Below, piece by piece: positions 1 through 13,893 of a DNA stretch of 64,000 bases (position 1 is its first letter; every line of letters begins with the position of its first letter). A model generated the notes under the pieces. The model did not search any database. It was not told the DNA's origin and worked only from the letters and a program-made list of their open reading frames with translations. The translations under genes and the position numbers were made by a program. This DNA comes from Ruditapes philippinarum (taxonomy: Eukaryota), in NCBI RefSeq assembly GCF_026571515.1, contig NW_026860675.1, positions 1 to 64,000 of the forward strand. The letters run 5' to 3'.

Positions 1-231
1 TAATATATTAGTTAAAATATAATAATCAAAATCGAATTTCTTTTTCTGTGGAACAAGTGGCACTTACTAGATAACAATGGTATGCGCAATGGAGAACTTA
101 TCTTCTTTAACCATTTCAAGTTTATCTCGAAATTTCGAAGACAAAAAAACTTGCTATCATGAAATAGAACGATTTTATCGTATTGTATACAGAATTTGTG
201 TTGTTATTTCGTGTTTTTTTTTGTTTTTTTT

Positions 232-312
232 TTTTTCAGATTGAGTTTTACGTCGCAACAACACAGTATATAGGTCATATGGCGACCGCTCAACTTTACA
301 GACAGAGGAAGA
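232..312 (-). mobile_element. SINE 3' fragment, same family as 22816-22928
   Basis: Shares ttttacgtcgca..acacagtata..ggtcatatggcgac and gaggaagac, with an adjacent T-rich tail. Confidence 0.55.
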
Positions 313-2980
313 CTTCATATGCCCTTCTTTGCATCATTTCAGACACACACGGGTACAAACATCAGGTTCAAATGTTTAAACTGTTGTTTTATGCCATACC
401 ATCATATTCTCAAATTCTCACTTAATTGTCTGTGGAAACATCCATCATTAATACTGCTTAATCATACCAGACTACATGTATATACACATATACAAAACGA
501 AACACGAATATTCCATAAAATATTGAAGATTTGGATCTATTATTATTACAAATTGATTGTCAAGAAATAATTTTTGTATTGTACATGTATTCCAATGATA
601 CCATTAATTCAAAATATACTTTTTCATTTCCTGTTTAAAAACAAATATATCTTTCTTAATTAATTTAAGATGCGACTAAAACATTTAAAATATGTCATTT
701 GCATTGACAATATAAACCAATTCAAGTCGATAAGGAAATTACTTTACGATTTGATTGTTATAGTGGCAACTTTGTAAGGATTGTTTATAATGTTGCTGTA
801 ATGCCATAATTATCTAAATTCTAGAAATTCTTAGAAGTTGTAGAACGATATCAGCAAATAAATACATTTAACATGTTTTTAAATTTTTATTAAATGTAGA
901 CTTTGTAAAAAATTATGAATAATTACATACAACTGAAAAAAATCTTGATTCTAACATACAATATACTCACAGTTAAATCATGGTTCAAATATTTATTTTT
1001 TAATATACACATTTTAAAATTATGTCTATGAACTATATTCTAATAAACTTCATAACTCTAATAAAATACATATTTTTATATACTTACTGTAAAATTATGG
1101 TTCTAATATATAATTATTCTAATATACTCACTGCTTAACAGAAGCAATATATCGCACTGTTTGAAGATCGAAGATTTTTATCTAGCACTGTATCAATAAT
1201 ATATATGCTTACATGTATAGACCATGTACTACAGTGAATTCAACCATTATATATACATGATAAATTAAGGTTCGTATATGCTCGGAACAACAATAAACCA
1301 AATTTTTCAGACCGCTGGAGTTGAATTTATTGTATCGATTTATTGATTTTAAATGGTCAACCTTGATCAAAATTCTGATAAATCATGCCCAATAATCACA
1401 TCACAATACTTCCCGACCTATTTTAAAAAAGATTCTACAAGAAAACAAAATGCCTTTTTTAAAATTTTTTCCGAAAAAGGGAAATATTTAAAATGATATT
1501 TTTTTGAAGTAAAATTCCAATTAAAATACTTTGAATTTTTTTTTGTAATAGTCAGCATTTCCTTTTTAAAATTTTTCATCAAACATGTTTGCAAATATAA
1601 ATGAAAAACATATCTTATTTTTGGGTTTTTCCCAAATTTATAAAAAACTCATCTAAAGAAATTTAAAACCCTATTCAGGGTTTGTGTGGGTTTGGTTTTA
1701 TATTTCTTTGGGGGGTTTTAGTACAATCGTTTTTGATTGATATGATCCGGTCACTTCGAGAAAAAATTACCTTATCAATATAATGTTTCTCAGACAGAAC
1801 ATTTTTTTGACAAATACAATGTTTATTCATTGCACTTTTAACTTTATTCAGTGGTTCTGAACATCATTTGTTTTGGCGGCGGTATCCTCCAGGTTCTTTG
1901 TACTATGGAGCGATGTTTTGTCTAGATAAATCAAGATATTTTCATTTTATTTCTTTTTCTAGCTAACAAAAATGTTACATCTTCCACATAATTGTTTTGT
2001 CCTGTTTTGTTGTAAAAGGTATGCAATCTGTATAACCCTCGAACGAACAAGTTACTTTAAACTTAGATGACATTCAGTTTTAACTACTCTACTTGTAAAC
2101 CTTTGATTAAATATACATACAATATAAGTGATGTTAGACAAGGTCAACAGTAGTAGAATCAAAGGTTAGTGACAGTAATTGAATGCTAACAACTATCTGA
2201 TAAAAGTTACAGTAATATGTGCCACATTTCCTGGTTTCTGACCTGTAATCAAAGATTACGTATAGCATATTCTCTTTGTTGCGAATATTTTGTGGTCATG
2301 TAAAAGTTACATTCATGAAAAAGAATAACATTGAATAAAAATGAATTTACAGAAAACAATTCCTCCAACATAAAGTAAAATGTTCTGAAAAGGTGACAGC
2401 ATTCGGGAGCACTGATTGGTAAAGATGAGTGCGAGTAAACATAAAAGTAACTCATGTAAATTAAATATTAAGCATTCGCCCCTTACCCATTCCATACCCT
2501 TTTTAATAAATGGATGAAAGAGCACGTTATGCAGTAGATATTTGAATTTTGTGCAGAAAACAACATAACAGATTTAGGTTAAAAATAAATGGTAAAATCA
2601 TAGATCAACCCGTGAAGAAATATATCTGGTGACCTGTTTCAAAGTTTAATCACACCCTAAGAATCACTTTTATAGAAATTGAACATTAGATAGCCAAATT
2701 CAAAGTTAATTCCAAAGAAAAAAAAATCACTGTATTTCTTAATTTTCTTTTCCTTTGGTATGCGTAGAGTTTGGAAGACAAATTCAAGCTTTGCCAAACT
2801 TTTTTATAATTGCAATTTGTAGACTCGTATTACACAATTTAGTCCAAACTAGTGTAAGTGTGCTTTTATTATTCAATATCAATTCAATATTTGACATATG
2901 ATATGTATACGGTAGTTTTAATCTATTTCATAAGAATTTACAACTTAATATTGTTAATTACGGACAAATAACGAGATTTC

Positions 2981-3261
2981 AAACGAGATGGCGGCAATGG
3001 ATTGAACATGTCTTACACATGCCTCCTGTCTCGCTACCTAGTGTTTGCTTTTCGATGGAAACCCGATCTTCAGAGGGAAAAAAGAACAGAGACCGAACAA
3101 GAGAAACCTTGCGGCGAATCGAAAACAAGGACCTGAAGAGCTGTGGTCAAACCATAACGCCGGCGCCTCGTATAGTTGCAGATAAAACCAGATGGAGGTC
3201 ATTTGCAGTTGCGACAGGCCCCAGACAGCATAGGCGAGATTTTTTTATAAATGAATGAATA
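2981..3261 (+). mobile_element. RTE-clade LINE 3' fragment with (TGAA)n tail, copy A
   Basis: Degenerate RWRWIxHVLxMPPxSLP...KKNRDRTRETLRR...AADKTRWRSF resembles the RTE ORF C-terminus (GKRxRGRPxETWRR...A.DR..WR); ends aatgaatgaat. Confidence 0.7.
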
Positions 3262-4831
3262 AATCTCCAACTATTTCATCAAATAATTAATATCATATTT
3301 TCATTTATTTCATTCATTTTCATATTATATACCGGAAATGAAAATATACTACGTACATTTAGGTATATCGACATTCTATAGGTATAATCAATTTGATATT
3401 CAAAAAAGATTGTTGAACATTTTAGAAAATCAAACTAAAACAACTTGAAAGAAAACTAAATAACACGCATATAAGTTGATCATGTGAGAGCTATAAATTA
3501 ACAATACATACATTAACATTCACATTTAGAGCACTAATAAATATTTCACAGGATACTAATCTCGTATTAGGTTGTTATTTTTTTCTTCACCGATGACGTC
3601 ATGAAAAAACATGGATACATGAAGCGCTTTATCGCCTTAAAATTTTTCACAATCATAAGCTTAAGTTCAATGACTTATAGGCATTGTAACTGCTCTTGAT
3701 TTTAACCGACAATTCCAATCGGAACATCTCAGCTATTATTCATAATAATTCTTAGCCGAAAATTGACGGAAAGGGCCGAACAATTGCAACTGTGACAACT
3801 CACTGGCAACGGCACCGTTAAGCTGAAACCGCTTTAAGAGCTTGGTCTATAAAGAATATCCGTAACAATAATGTAATTGCCATCCTAAAGTCGATAATTA
3901 GAATGCAGACAGTTAGATTAAAATATGATTTATAAGTGATGCGAAGAAAAAACACATATTAATAATTTATTATTCACTATCTTTGTTCGAAATAATTCCA
4001 TGAAATCATAAAATTAATGTACAAATGCTAGGCCTTTTTAAGATGAAAAGATAAATAATGTGCTTTTGGTAAATAAATTATTAAGTTTCTGTCGATTTTT
4101 CACTGAATATATCGGAAAAAAAATTATTGCTGCGTTACGAAGCAGGCGAAGACCATTAAACGGTTACGGTATAGCGGCATTTATTCGTCTTTTGCTTACG
4201 GAACTGGAACGCGATCGTACTGGAACAAAACCAGGTCCGGGTTACCAAGTTCTTGCAAGAAGTTGGCAAAGAGTACATTTAGGTAAATTTCCTTCTTTTT
4301 TTCTGACAGTGACAAGGCGGTTCTGTGATAGATTATCACACGTTAGTATCGTGATAGTTTATCAGTCACAGGTAGATAAGCCAGCAAGTTTTAAGAATTG
4401 TTCTTGATATTGCAGCGAAAACACGGATGCTATGGAAAAAAACTTTGCTTTTCCTATGTAATATTAAATACGTAAAAACGGTCATTAAGGTGCAAACAAA
4501 CTTTAAAAATTAGTTCCGATATCGTACAGGATATCATATAGTAAAAACAGACAAATGCAGGGTACTTTTAAACTAATATGAATATGACTTACTTTTTTAC
4601 CAAAACATACATTTTTTCTTGCCACCAAAGTGAAAATCATAAATCATAAATATATATATCAAATACTGCAAACGGCGTAGAAAAGGTTGAAAAGGGACAA
4701 CAAAAACCCTAAAAACAAAGCGCTATGGAAAAATCATTTATTTATTAAAAATAATTTTACCTGACAAAAATGTCACAAAATCTGTATAAACATATCTCTC
4801 AAGATGCAGAATTTATACAGAATATCTATAA

Positions 4832-7800
4832 TAATGATAATAATAATAATAATAAAAAATTTCTTTATTTAAAGAAGGTTACACATTAAGAACATACAAT
4901 AACAATCATATATATCTTATTTCCAATGTGGCCTTCTGAAGTAGAAAACAACAACAACAACAACAACAGGACATGCATAGGTAGAAAAATGAATGTATAA
5001 TATGTAATGTTTAGAATAATACAACTCATATACTTTCGACAGACACTCAACAATTTGTTTAAACATATACGTATATTTCATCATTCGTTCGTTCGTTCAT
5101 TCGTTCGTTCATATATTTATTCATTCATTCATTCATTCACTCACTCACTCATTCATTCATATGAACATCAAGATATGCTTTGTATTTTTCTTTAAAACAT
5201 TTAAGGTTATTAACATTACGAATATTTAAAGGTATATTGTTCCAAATGTTCATGCCATAATAAGAAAATGTGTCTTTAATATAATTTGTTTTAGGTCTTG
5301 TCCATAATACAATATCTTTTCGTGACCTAGATCTTAAGTTATATATTTTGTTGTCGGATAAAGTCATCAGTTCTGTCATATAAGTCGGTGCCATGTTATT
5401 TAAAGTTTTAAAAACAAGCACCGCCGTGTGGTATTTACATCTGTCAAGGAACGGTAACCAATTAAGAGTTTCGAATAGATTTATTGACGGAGATCTTTGA
5501 GGTTGCTGTAAAATGATTTTAGCAATTCGTTTTTGTAACTTACAAACATTATGTATGTAGTTTGTGTTTCCATTACCCCATATTATACAACAATAGTCCA
5601 TAATGGGCAATACATGTATATATGCATTGTAAAACAATAATTTCATATCAAAGTGCAAAAAATACGATATTTTTTTCAATAAGGCAATTTTTCCGTTAAG
5701 TTTTTTACAAACATTGTCAATTTGCAAGTGCCATTTTAAGTTGTTATCTATGCAAATACCCAAGACTTTTTGATCAGTTACATTTTCAAGAGCTATTTCA
5801 TTTATCTTAAGAATTAATTTTCTCATAATATTTACTTTTTGTCTTGTTCCTATTACCATACATTTTGATTTATCTGGATTTAAGGCCATATTATTTATTT
5901 TGCACCATTTGTCAATGTTATTTAAATGATCTTGAAGTTTTATTTCTACTTTTGATATATTTTCTCCGGACTCATAAAGAGTAGAATCGTCTGCGTATAA
6001 ATCAATTTTCATATCATTACCAATGAAAGCTATGTCATTTATGTATATTAGAAATAATAAAGGTCCTAATATTGAGCCTTGTGGAACACCGGAAATTATT
6101 TTCATTGGCTGAGATTGAAGATTACCTATCTTAACCAGTTGTATTCTGTTAGAAAGATATGACTTAAAAAACTTAACGGCATTTTCAGAAAAATGATAAA
6201 GTTTAAGTTTATGCAAAAGTATTTCATGGTCAACCAAATCAATATTGGTGTGATATAATCTCCACAATATTTGATGATGTTTGGTCCAATTCCATCTAAT
6301 CCTGTAGATTTTTTAATATTCAGTTTTTCAATAATAAGTTTTACTTCAAACGGTGTAATTAATTCAATATTAAATTCATGATATATTAGCTTTTGGTCTA
6401 AAGTTTCTTTCAATTTTGAAAAATTTGTATTTGAAAACTTTGTTTTATGTATGACATTCGAGATATTGACAAAATACTTGTTTAATTCATTTATAATATT
6501 TACAGTTCCGTAAATTTCTTTATTACCTGTCACTAGTCTGTCTGGCATTGTAATACAACCTTTTTTATTTAGATTTGAAACGTCCTTTAAAATTTTCCAT
6601 AAAAATGCCGGGTCTTTGTTATTTTTAATAGCATTGTTAAAGAAATCTCTTTTACTTTTTTTAATCATTGATGTTATTTTATTTCTGAGCAATTTGTATT
6701 GTTCATGTTTCCCTACTTTATGATAGTAATCGCGTTCATGTATAAGATATTTTATCTCATCAGTAAACCATTCCGGGCGTTTTTCTTTTATTGGTGCATG
6801 CTTTTTCAAGATAGTATTTAAAATGGAGTAAAATAAGCTAAGGGATTCATTCGGATTAATTATGTGCTCGACTAATTCAAGATCGGATAAAGCAAGGTCT
6901 ACCTGAAAATCAATTTCATTGAAGTTTTTAAAACATCTATATTTAATCGAATTATGTTCATTAATCAATCGGGTACATGCTTTCGTTGATCTTGAAATAC
7001 CTATCGGATAATGATCACTTAATGAGGTATCAGAAACAAACGATTCAATAATATATCTGCTACTGTTTGTATAAACATGATCTATAATTTTTTGGGTACG
7101 TTTTGTTATCCTAGTAGGATCTGTGATAAGTTGTTTCAAACCATATTTCGTTATCAAATCACCCCATTTTGTATTGTCATATTTTTTCTTTTTATTCATT
7201 GGATAAAAGTTTATATTGACATCTCCTAGAATATGATATTCTATATTTGATATATCTATTATACTTAGTTGTTTTTCATAATCGTCAATCCAAGATTGGT
7301 GTACATTTGGTGGGCGATATATAAAATTTAAAAGAAAAGGTTTGCAATTTGGGTAAATAATTTCCAACCAAACAGATTCTAATTCGTCCGTTTCTATATC
7401 GTAACGGCGCCGATATGGCACCTTGTCAGCAATATATATTACAACTCCCCCGCCTTTGTGACAACTTTTACGGTCCTTTCTTTCGTGTGTGAAATTGTTA
7501 ATATTTAATTCATCGTCTGTTTTATCATCACCAAGAAATGTCTCAGTAAAGCCGAAAATATCTGGCGAATTTAATTTTTTTAATAGATTGTATTTTATTT
7601 CGTCTATTTTCGGCATTAAGTGATTAACGTTAAGGTGTGCAATATGTAACCTCGTTTTTCAAACTTAGAATTGAACAATTTATTATCTGGAAAATTTGAT
7701 TTATGGAGCGTAACATTATTTAGTACTTTGCAATTATATTCATCATTTCCGTATATATTGTATGGCACTGATTGTTCAAAAGTAACAATTTGATTACCAG

Positions 7801-8753
7801 ATGCAATAGTGTCTATAAATTTTCGTTCTTTTACTATCAAATCGATAATTTTTCGCGTATTTAAACATATGTGTAAAATATCAATTGTGGAATACAACAT
7901 AAAATCGTAACATACATTATAAATTGATATATTAGTTTGAAAATCGCTATAAAGATCTTGTTTTAATATAGATTTATAAGTAGTTACCTCATTATGAATA
8001 CAATTGTATGTTTCAAATTGTTGATTTTCACATAAGCCAATGATTTTTGGTGATTTAGAATTGTTTAAAATATGTTTAATTTCATCCAACTTTGGTAATA
8101 AATGATGTATATTGAGACTGGCAATAAAAAGTCCCACTCCATCAAAAAGTAATGAGTTGGCTTCTGCATTTTGTCTTACTGCGTGTTGTTTAGTTGTTTT
8201 ACATACATGTGTGTGATAACTTATTAATAAATTGTTTTTTAGATGATTCTCAGAACGAAAGCGCCCCTCATGAATACATTTAGTACATGGCGTTTCTAAC
8301 AATAGCTCGGAACTATTTATGACATTCGAAGTTTTATCTTTGCAATTGATATTTTCATCTAAAACATTTGTTATATATATCGAAGGGTTTGTGATAATAA
8401 AAGATCGATTCGCACATAAGCATTTATCCAATACTATTTTGCATTTAATACATGTCTCATTATTATTAGTAAGTGAGATTTGAATTTTCGAATTAGGTTC
8501 ATTAGAACCGATTGATATATTATTTTGAAAATCGCTATAGAGATCTTGTCTGAATATAGATTTATAAGTAGTTACCTTATTATAAATACAATTGTATATT
8601 TCAAATTGCTGATTTTCAAAATTTGAGTGCCTGTCGGATATTTCCTAATTCCTATATATTCTAAAGCTATTCTGTCCATAATAATAATTTTCACTTCCGG
8701 GTCTTCTGTCGTTCCAAGTCTGTCTCCCCCCATAATGCATTCCCCCATAATGC
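4832..8753 (-). mobile_element. CR1-group (L2/Crack-like) non-LTR retrotransposon, internally deleted, 8-bp TSD ATCTATAA
   Basis: Absent from copies B and C (empty site aatatctataatcaacttac near 25730). TSD at 4824-4831 and 8754-8761. The 3' end has AATAAA plus a (ATT)n tail and a (TGAA)n tract in the 3' UTR. Encodes APE and RT. Confidence 0.92.
5149..8431 (-). pseudogene. LINE ORF2 (APE endonuclease + reverse transcriptase), frameshifted and with an RT deletion
   Basis: APE motifs: LHIAHLNVNHLMPKIDE, FGFTETFL, GGGVVIYI, IYRPPN, ILGDVN, IDHVY, SDHYPI. RT motifs: GVPQGSILGPLLFLIYIND, LYADDS. There is a 1-nt frameshift near 7650. RT motifs 1-3 are missing at ~6243, where GDYITPI is fused to DLVDHEILL. 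Confidence 0.9.
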
Positions 8754-9948
8754 ATCTATAACCAACTTACATTCATTTCATCTTGCCACATGTTTCACTG
8801 ATACTTACTAATATATCAAATAAAAATATTGCAAAAAAGAAAGAAAAGGAAAAATGAAAGAAAATATCTATACATTATTTGCATCTAACATATTGGTTAA
8901 ATGCCCATTATGCCCTAGAAATACTTTTTGTTCTGTAAAGCGTTTTATTTTTGGTTTTCTATTATAGTTTCCAAATAGTTTCCAAAAAGGTCATCATAAG
9001 CAAAATATCTGAACCACCCTTTGCTTCTATTGTATTTTTTTTGGCACCTAGTACAAATTATAATAGGTGTTACCTTATTTAAATAAAAATATTATTATTT
9101 TTATTATTGTTGTTGTTGTTGCTGCTGCTGCTGTTGTTGTTGTTGTTGTTGTTAAGTATTTTGTATGGAAGCCAAAATAGTAGTACTGCTTTGTTTATAT
9201 TTTGCCTCTTTTATGACAAATAATTTCACATTCAGTGATACTTCCTTTAAGTAAAAAGCATACAACTTGCTCTAAAACCATAATTTAAACATTATTATAC
9301 CCCTGTTTACCCTTTGTAAAGATGAAACAAATTTTAATTGCTTCATAATGAGCCTTTAAAAAGTTGCAAGTTACAGGTATGTAATGACTGCATGCGAGGC
9401 GAATTTTAACATGATATTGATCTACCTTACTTTTAGTAAAAGTTATACTAGTAACAGGCCAACAGCGTGGTTATTATGATGATTAATTCAAAATGCTAGA
9501 ATGTGAATGCACCTCGTAGCATGGCATAAAACAGCTATGGCAATGGAAAATTGTCCTCTATAACATCAAGCACATTGGTAGGTATGGATTATTAACCAAA
9601 CAGTAAATACTAAATAATACAAATATACTAACTATAAACAAATTTTATGTTTGGTAATTGAATCGCAGCCCTTTGATATCGAAGCGGAAAATGAATGATA
9701 TATTTTATCTGTCTCATTTATGACGCCATAAACAAAACCGGAAAAAAACTCAATTTCTATACTGTTTTTTTTTTTTTTTTTTTTTTTTTTTGGAAAATTT
9801 ATAGATGTACAAAATCAAACGATGAAGAAGAAGTTATCTGACATTTAGAAATTGAAATAAAATCTTGAATTATTATTCTTTGTCTGGGCTATTCAATTGT
9901 ATACTATTACATAACACGAGTTTAAGCAAGTTATCACGTTATTGCTTT

Positions 9949-10251
9949 TTTTAGCTCGACTGTTCAAAGAATAGGGAGGGCTATTGTGTTCATCTTCAGG
10001 TGGGCGTCACAATTTGGGTTTTTGCGTGCAAGTTGGTATCTCCGAAATTACTGAAAGAGATGGATTCAAACATCCGAAACTTATTTGAGTGCATATTGGA
10101 GGTCAATGTCCAAAATCATTAACTCTAGCATGGATTTTGATAGAATTATGACTCATTCTGTACTTAGAAAATTCTATATTATTCAGGCTCTTGTTTTACA
10201 ATCAAGCACTGAAAATAGTCAGGCACGCTATTGCTACTGACAGTTCTTGTT
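9949..10251 (+). mobile_element. Non-autonomous Helentron-associated (HINE-like) element, copy A
   Basis: Starts ttttagctcgactgttc..aatagggagggcta (subterminal IR) and ends aatagtc...ttcttgtt in a T-rich site. Confidence 0.6.
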
Positions 10252-12904
10252 ATTTTGACAAATTGCTGTTAACATTATTGGCAAGAGGGAAGAACAGAAA
10301 TACAATACTTTTGTAAAAAAACATTGATACTAGTAACGATACTGTGCACAGTAGCGAACGCTGAAAGCACGTGGCAAACGCGTGCGTCCCTCCAGATGGA
10401 TTCAAGTCTAATTGTCTTTTGAGTGTACGTTTTTACCAGACTGATGTTATTCTATTGTAGAACGGAATTCTACTTACAGCTGTTCGTTTGAAATGCTTCT
10501 AAGTATCATTTGTTGAATAAGTTTAAAAATTTTAATGACATTTTATCTTAGTAATTAAATATAATGGTAATAAATGTTTTGGTATACATATTAGGCCAAC
10601 TAAGTATTGATTGTAAACAGCGCTTTCTGTATTAGAACAAGGTGCACATTTGTTTATTCGTCGGCTTTAATTATGTGTATCCTTTTACAATTTTCTATTA
10701 CATCAATTGTAATTTTATAATAATAAACAATCGATAGTGCCTTGACCTTTGCCAAAGGGACATTGAATGTGCGCAAACACTATGCCTCACAATGTTGAAC
10801 ATTCGGTTTAAGTTATAAAACAACCCTACTATGTATGTTGAAGACAATGGGCAAGTATTTTCCGCTGACATCTAGTTGTGACCTTGACCTTGTAACAAAC
10901 TGACTGGTGTCCCAAAATATGTAAATTTTAAAATACAATTGAACTCTAATGGTTTTGAAGTGACAGTGTTACATTCAGTAATACCATAAAGATATGTAAA
11001 AAGAAATAGGTTTAAATGAAAATAGCACGTGCTAGCACTGATAATACTAGTGTCCTCCGTAGCAACAATAGCTATACTAGTACTTTCAGCGCTTTAATTA
11101 TTGGCGACGCCGGTGAGCGGCGTCGTCTATTATGGAATGCTTTTTATTTTGGCCTATGGAAGGAGCTGTTATTATTAGCAGTTAATTTCATGTTGTGTTT
11201 ATTAGATTTATTTTGATTCGTAAAAATCAAGTAAACAAATATGTTTGTTATATTTGTATTTAATAACTTTAATATAAAAAGCATGTGCATTGTGATATTA
11301 TTTCACGAAATTGCAGGCTCAGTTTTAACAGCTTGGCCCTTAGTTTTTATTGACAAACACTAAAACCCGGATATCGAATATCGTTGTGGTCTACATTGAT
11401 GCCGTATCCTTTATATATTTTCAAAAATTTTCCTACAAGAAGAAAGTTTCACTGCAAATGAGTATAAGGATAGGTAATGGACTGTTGTAAACGATTATGC
11501 TATTGATTTTATCCATATTACGTTTATCCTTTGCACAGAATGTTTGTTTTTACAAAGTGTACCAGTATCCGGATGATGACAGCTATCCGATTTTCTGCAA
11601 TTACTGCTGCCACATGGCCATCTATTTTTTTTTATGAATACTTTAACATTAATTTGCATGGCATAATAAAACTGAGCCTGCAACATTTCTTAATTATTTG
11701 ATGTTTAGGGTGTTCTTTTGGGTTTCAGGTTTTTTCTATTTTAAGGGGAAGTAACTCATGTTTACTAAATTATTTGTTCTTTTCTGTCTATCTTAGGTAT
11801 TACTTACTATTTTTGTTTTATAAAATTTACCAGTTTTAAGGTCATCAAAAATATAGAGGCCCTGATGAGTGAATATTGATACATATTTTTTTACTGGCTT
11901 TAGATACCCTAGACCAGATTTTTCTAGTTTGTTCAGTTAGTACATACCTATAGGTATTCTGCTAGAGGAATCTTCTAATCAATATGTGAAAATATTATTT
12001 TGTATGTGTTTGTATATAAGTTGTTAATAAAATAACCTTTGGTAAAAATGAAAGGTAGAATATTTAAGCTATACATATAGGTGCTCATTTTAAACACTTG
12101 ATATATATATGCAGTTAGTTATATAGTAAAGTCTAATGGAAGGTTAAAAGAGGCACAGTATTTGTTACTGTAAGAGATATGCATTTAATGTTTAGACACA
12201 CAACTTAATCTTTATTATATGATATAGACTATTTGAGATTTTTTTTACTTTTATACTATACAATATCATGTACATTATAGTTTTCTTTCTACAAGATTAT
12301 GAATTCCATCCAAACACCAATGTTAATAGGATGCTATACAATATTTATTTTTAATGGAACCTGAGAATTATTAATGTAATGTGCATAAAAGTGTATCATA
12401 GTATATGGATAAAATGTGTATTTCTGTATTTAAAGACTTACAGTTATGATGGATGAGACTTGCATTTAAATTTATAAATGATAATACATGTATTGATCAG
12501 TCTACAGGTTATAGATGTTTATACCCAGTGTTAGCTGGCTAATAATAGTATCTATAACAGAGTTTATATATTATAGTTTTCTTTCTACTAGATTTTGAAT
12601 TCCATCCATTAGTACCAATGTCAATGTTAATGTTAGGATTTCATATTTATTTAATAGAAACTGGGAATTATTAATGCTATGTGCATACACAGCTCAATCG
12701 TTACAGCCGCGGTACATTATTCTGTGGGTCACAGGTTTGAGTTCTGATCAAGCTAAAAGTTTTTTTTTCATCCTGTGACTGCAAATAACCATGAGTTTAA
12801 TTCACTATGCTCTGTAAACATCAGAAATGCAAAGACATGAATCAATATAGTGGGGAAATAGGTTTAGGTTTAGAACTGTTTAATTTTTAAAGAGAAAATG
12901 TGTA

Positions 12905-12962
12905 GCCGGTCGGATAGCTCAGTTGGTCTTTTGAAAGTCATGGGTTCGAGTCATGGTCAGGC
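12905..12962 (+). mobile_element. tRNA-derived SINE head (not a functional tRNA)
   Basis: A box tagctcagttgg and B box ggttcgagtc; anticodon arm deleted. Confidence 0.5.
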
Positions 12963-13019
12963 AGTTTCAGTCAGGGTTTAGAAGTGGTTTTTCAACTGAC
13001 ACATGTTTGATTCATTTAA

Positions 13020-13822
13020 TAGGTTGCATTTAATTTGAAATGGACAAAGGCAGTATTGCATGATACTTTTAGATCTACAAAAAGCATTTGATACAGTTGA
13101 TCACACTACACTGCACATGAAGAAGTTCTTTTTCTTTTTTTTCATGGAACTTCAAGCATCTGCCATATGTAATGACATTCTTACATGGTTCAAGTCTTAT
13201 CTCTGATAGTAGTTGGTTAATGAGGCTGGTACTCCTTCTACTACTGCTTTGAGTACCTATGGTGTCCCCCTGATGTTCATTTTGGGTCCTCTTTTATGTC
13301 TTATATATGTCAATGACATACATATGTCTGCAACCCTAAGCAATAAGCTTTTACTATATGCACAGGCACAAGTATCAGACCTGGGAAGAAAAAATATGAC
13401 CAGATTTATAAAAAAACCTGTGTTCATCTTAAAAGTGTCACAAACCAAAAAAAAATGTAAATAATGACCCCCTTTACAAATATACTTTAAGTTAATAGTA
13501 TATTTTTAAAGGGAGTCATTATTTACATTTTTTTTTTTTGGTTTTAAGATGAAAACAGTTTTTTTATCAATCTGGTCTCAGGTCCGATACTAGTGCCTGT
13601 GATTATATGATGATGACTCCGTTATCCTTGTATCTGGTAAAGTAAATCTTAAGATTGGTTTATTGACTATAAATTGTCTTTGCATCTTGGCAAGACAGAG
13701 TCTATTCTTTTTGGTTTAAGTTTCAACTTAAACTGGGCCTAGCCTCCAGGTCACATGACATGGTACTGCTATAAAGTACACATCTTTTGTTAAGTATTTA
13801 GGTGCAAACCTGGATCAAATTC
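13020..13822 (+). pseudogene. Degenerate CR1/L2-group reverse transcriptase fragment
   Basis: LDLQKAFDTVDH, WFKSYL, GVPLMFILGPLLCLIYVND, KLLLY[MITE]DDDS, LSLHLGKTESILFG, VKYLGANLDQ. Confidence 0.8.
13361..13601. mobile_element. Foldback MITE with 8-bp TSD
   Basis: TIR cacaggcac(a/t)agtatc(a/g)gacctg; nearly the whole element is palindromic. TSD actatatg (13353-13360) / attatatg (13602-13609). Confidence 0.85.
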
Positions 13823-13893
13823 TTTTGGCGTCGCCCTTTGATGCTTTGCATCAATGCTTTTCTTGTATCTATATGTAATAATTCAAGTACATG

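Larger units (their letters stand above)
2390..11100. repeat. ~7-kb tandem segmental unit, copy A (5'-incomplete; contains LINE insertion; lacks ~1.55 kb present in copies B and C)
   Basis: Colinear similarity to 14465-20930 and 21496-28023 (e.g. gacagcattcgggagcactga; ggaactggaacgcga; tactttcagcgcttt). Confidence 0.9.
11101..13866 (+). mobile_element. 2.77-kb non-autonomous Helentron-type element with cargo
   Basis: Absent at the B/C junction (gattat|atctatatg). 5' GGCGACGCC (11103) with local IR GGCGTCGTC (11119). 3' subTIR GGCGTCGCC (13827), stem-loop TTGATGC-ttt-GCATCAA (13838-13854), ending cttgt. No TSD. Confidence 0.75.

Noticed and set aside
1845-2245. Possible small exons on the minus strand (acceptors near 2243, 2030, 1922)
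   Set aside because: No consistent stop-free spliced frame or recognisable product could be built.
4060-4407. 115-aa ORF in the tandem unit
   Set aside because: Copies B and C carry frame-disrupting indels here, and there is no recognisable domain.
12690-12962. tRNA genes (also 34558-34612 and 52543-52627)
   Set aside because: Only A/B boxes remain and the cloverleafs are broken, so they are better explained as SINE heads.
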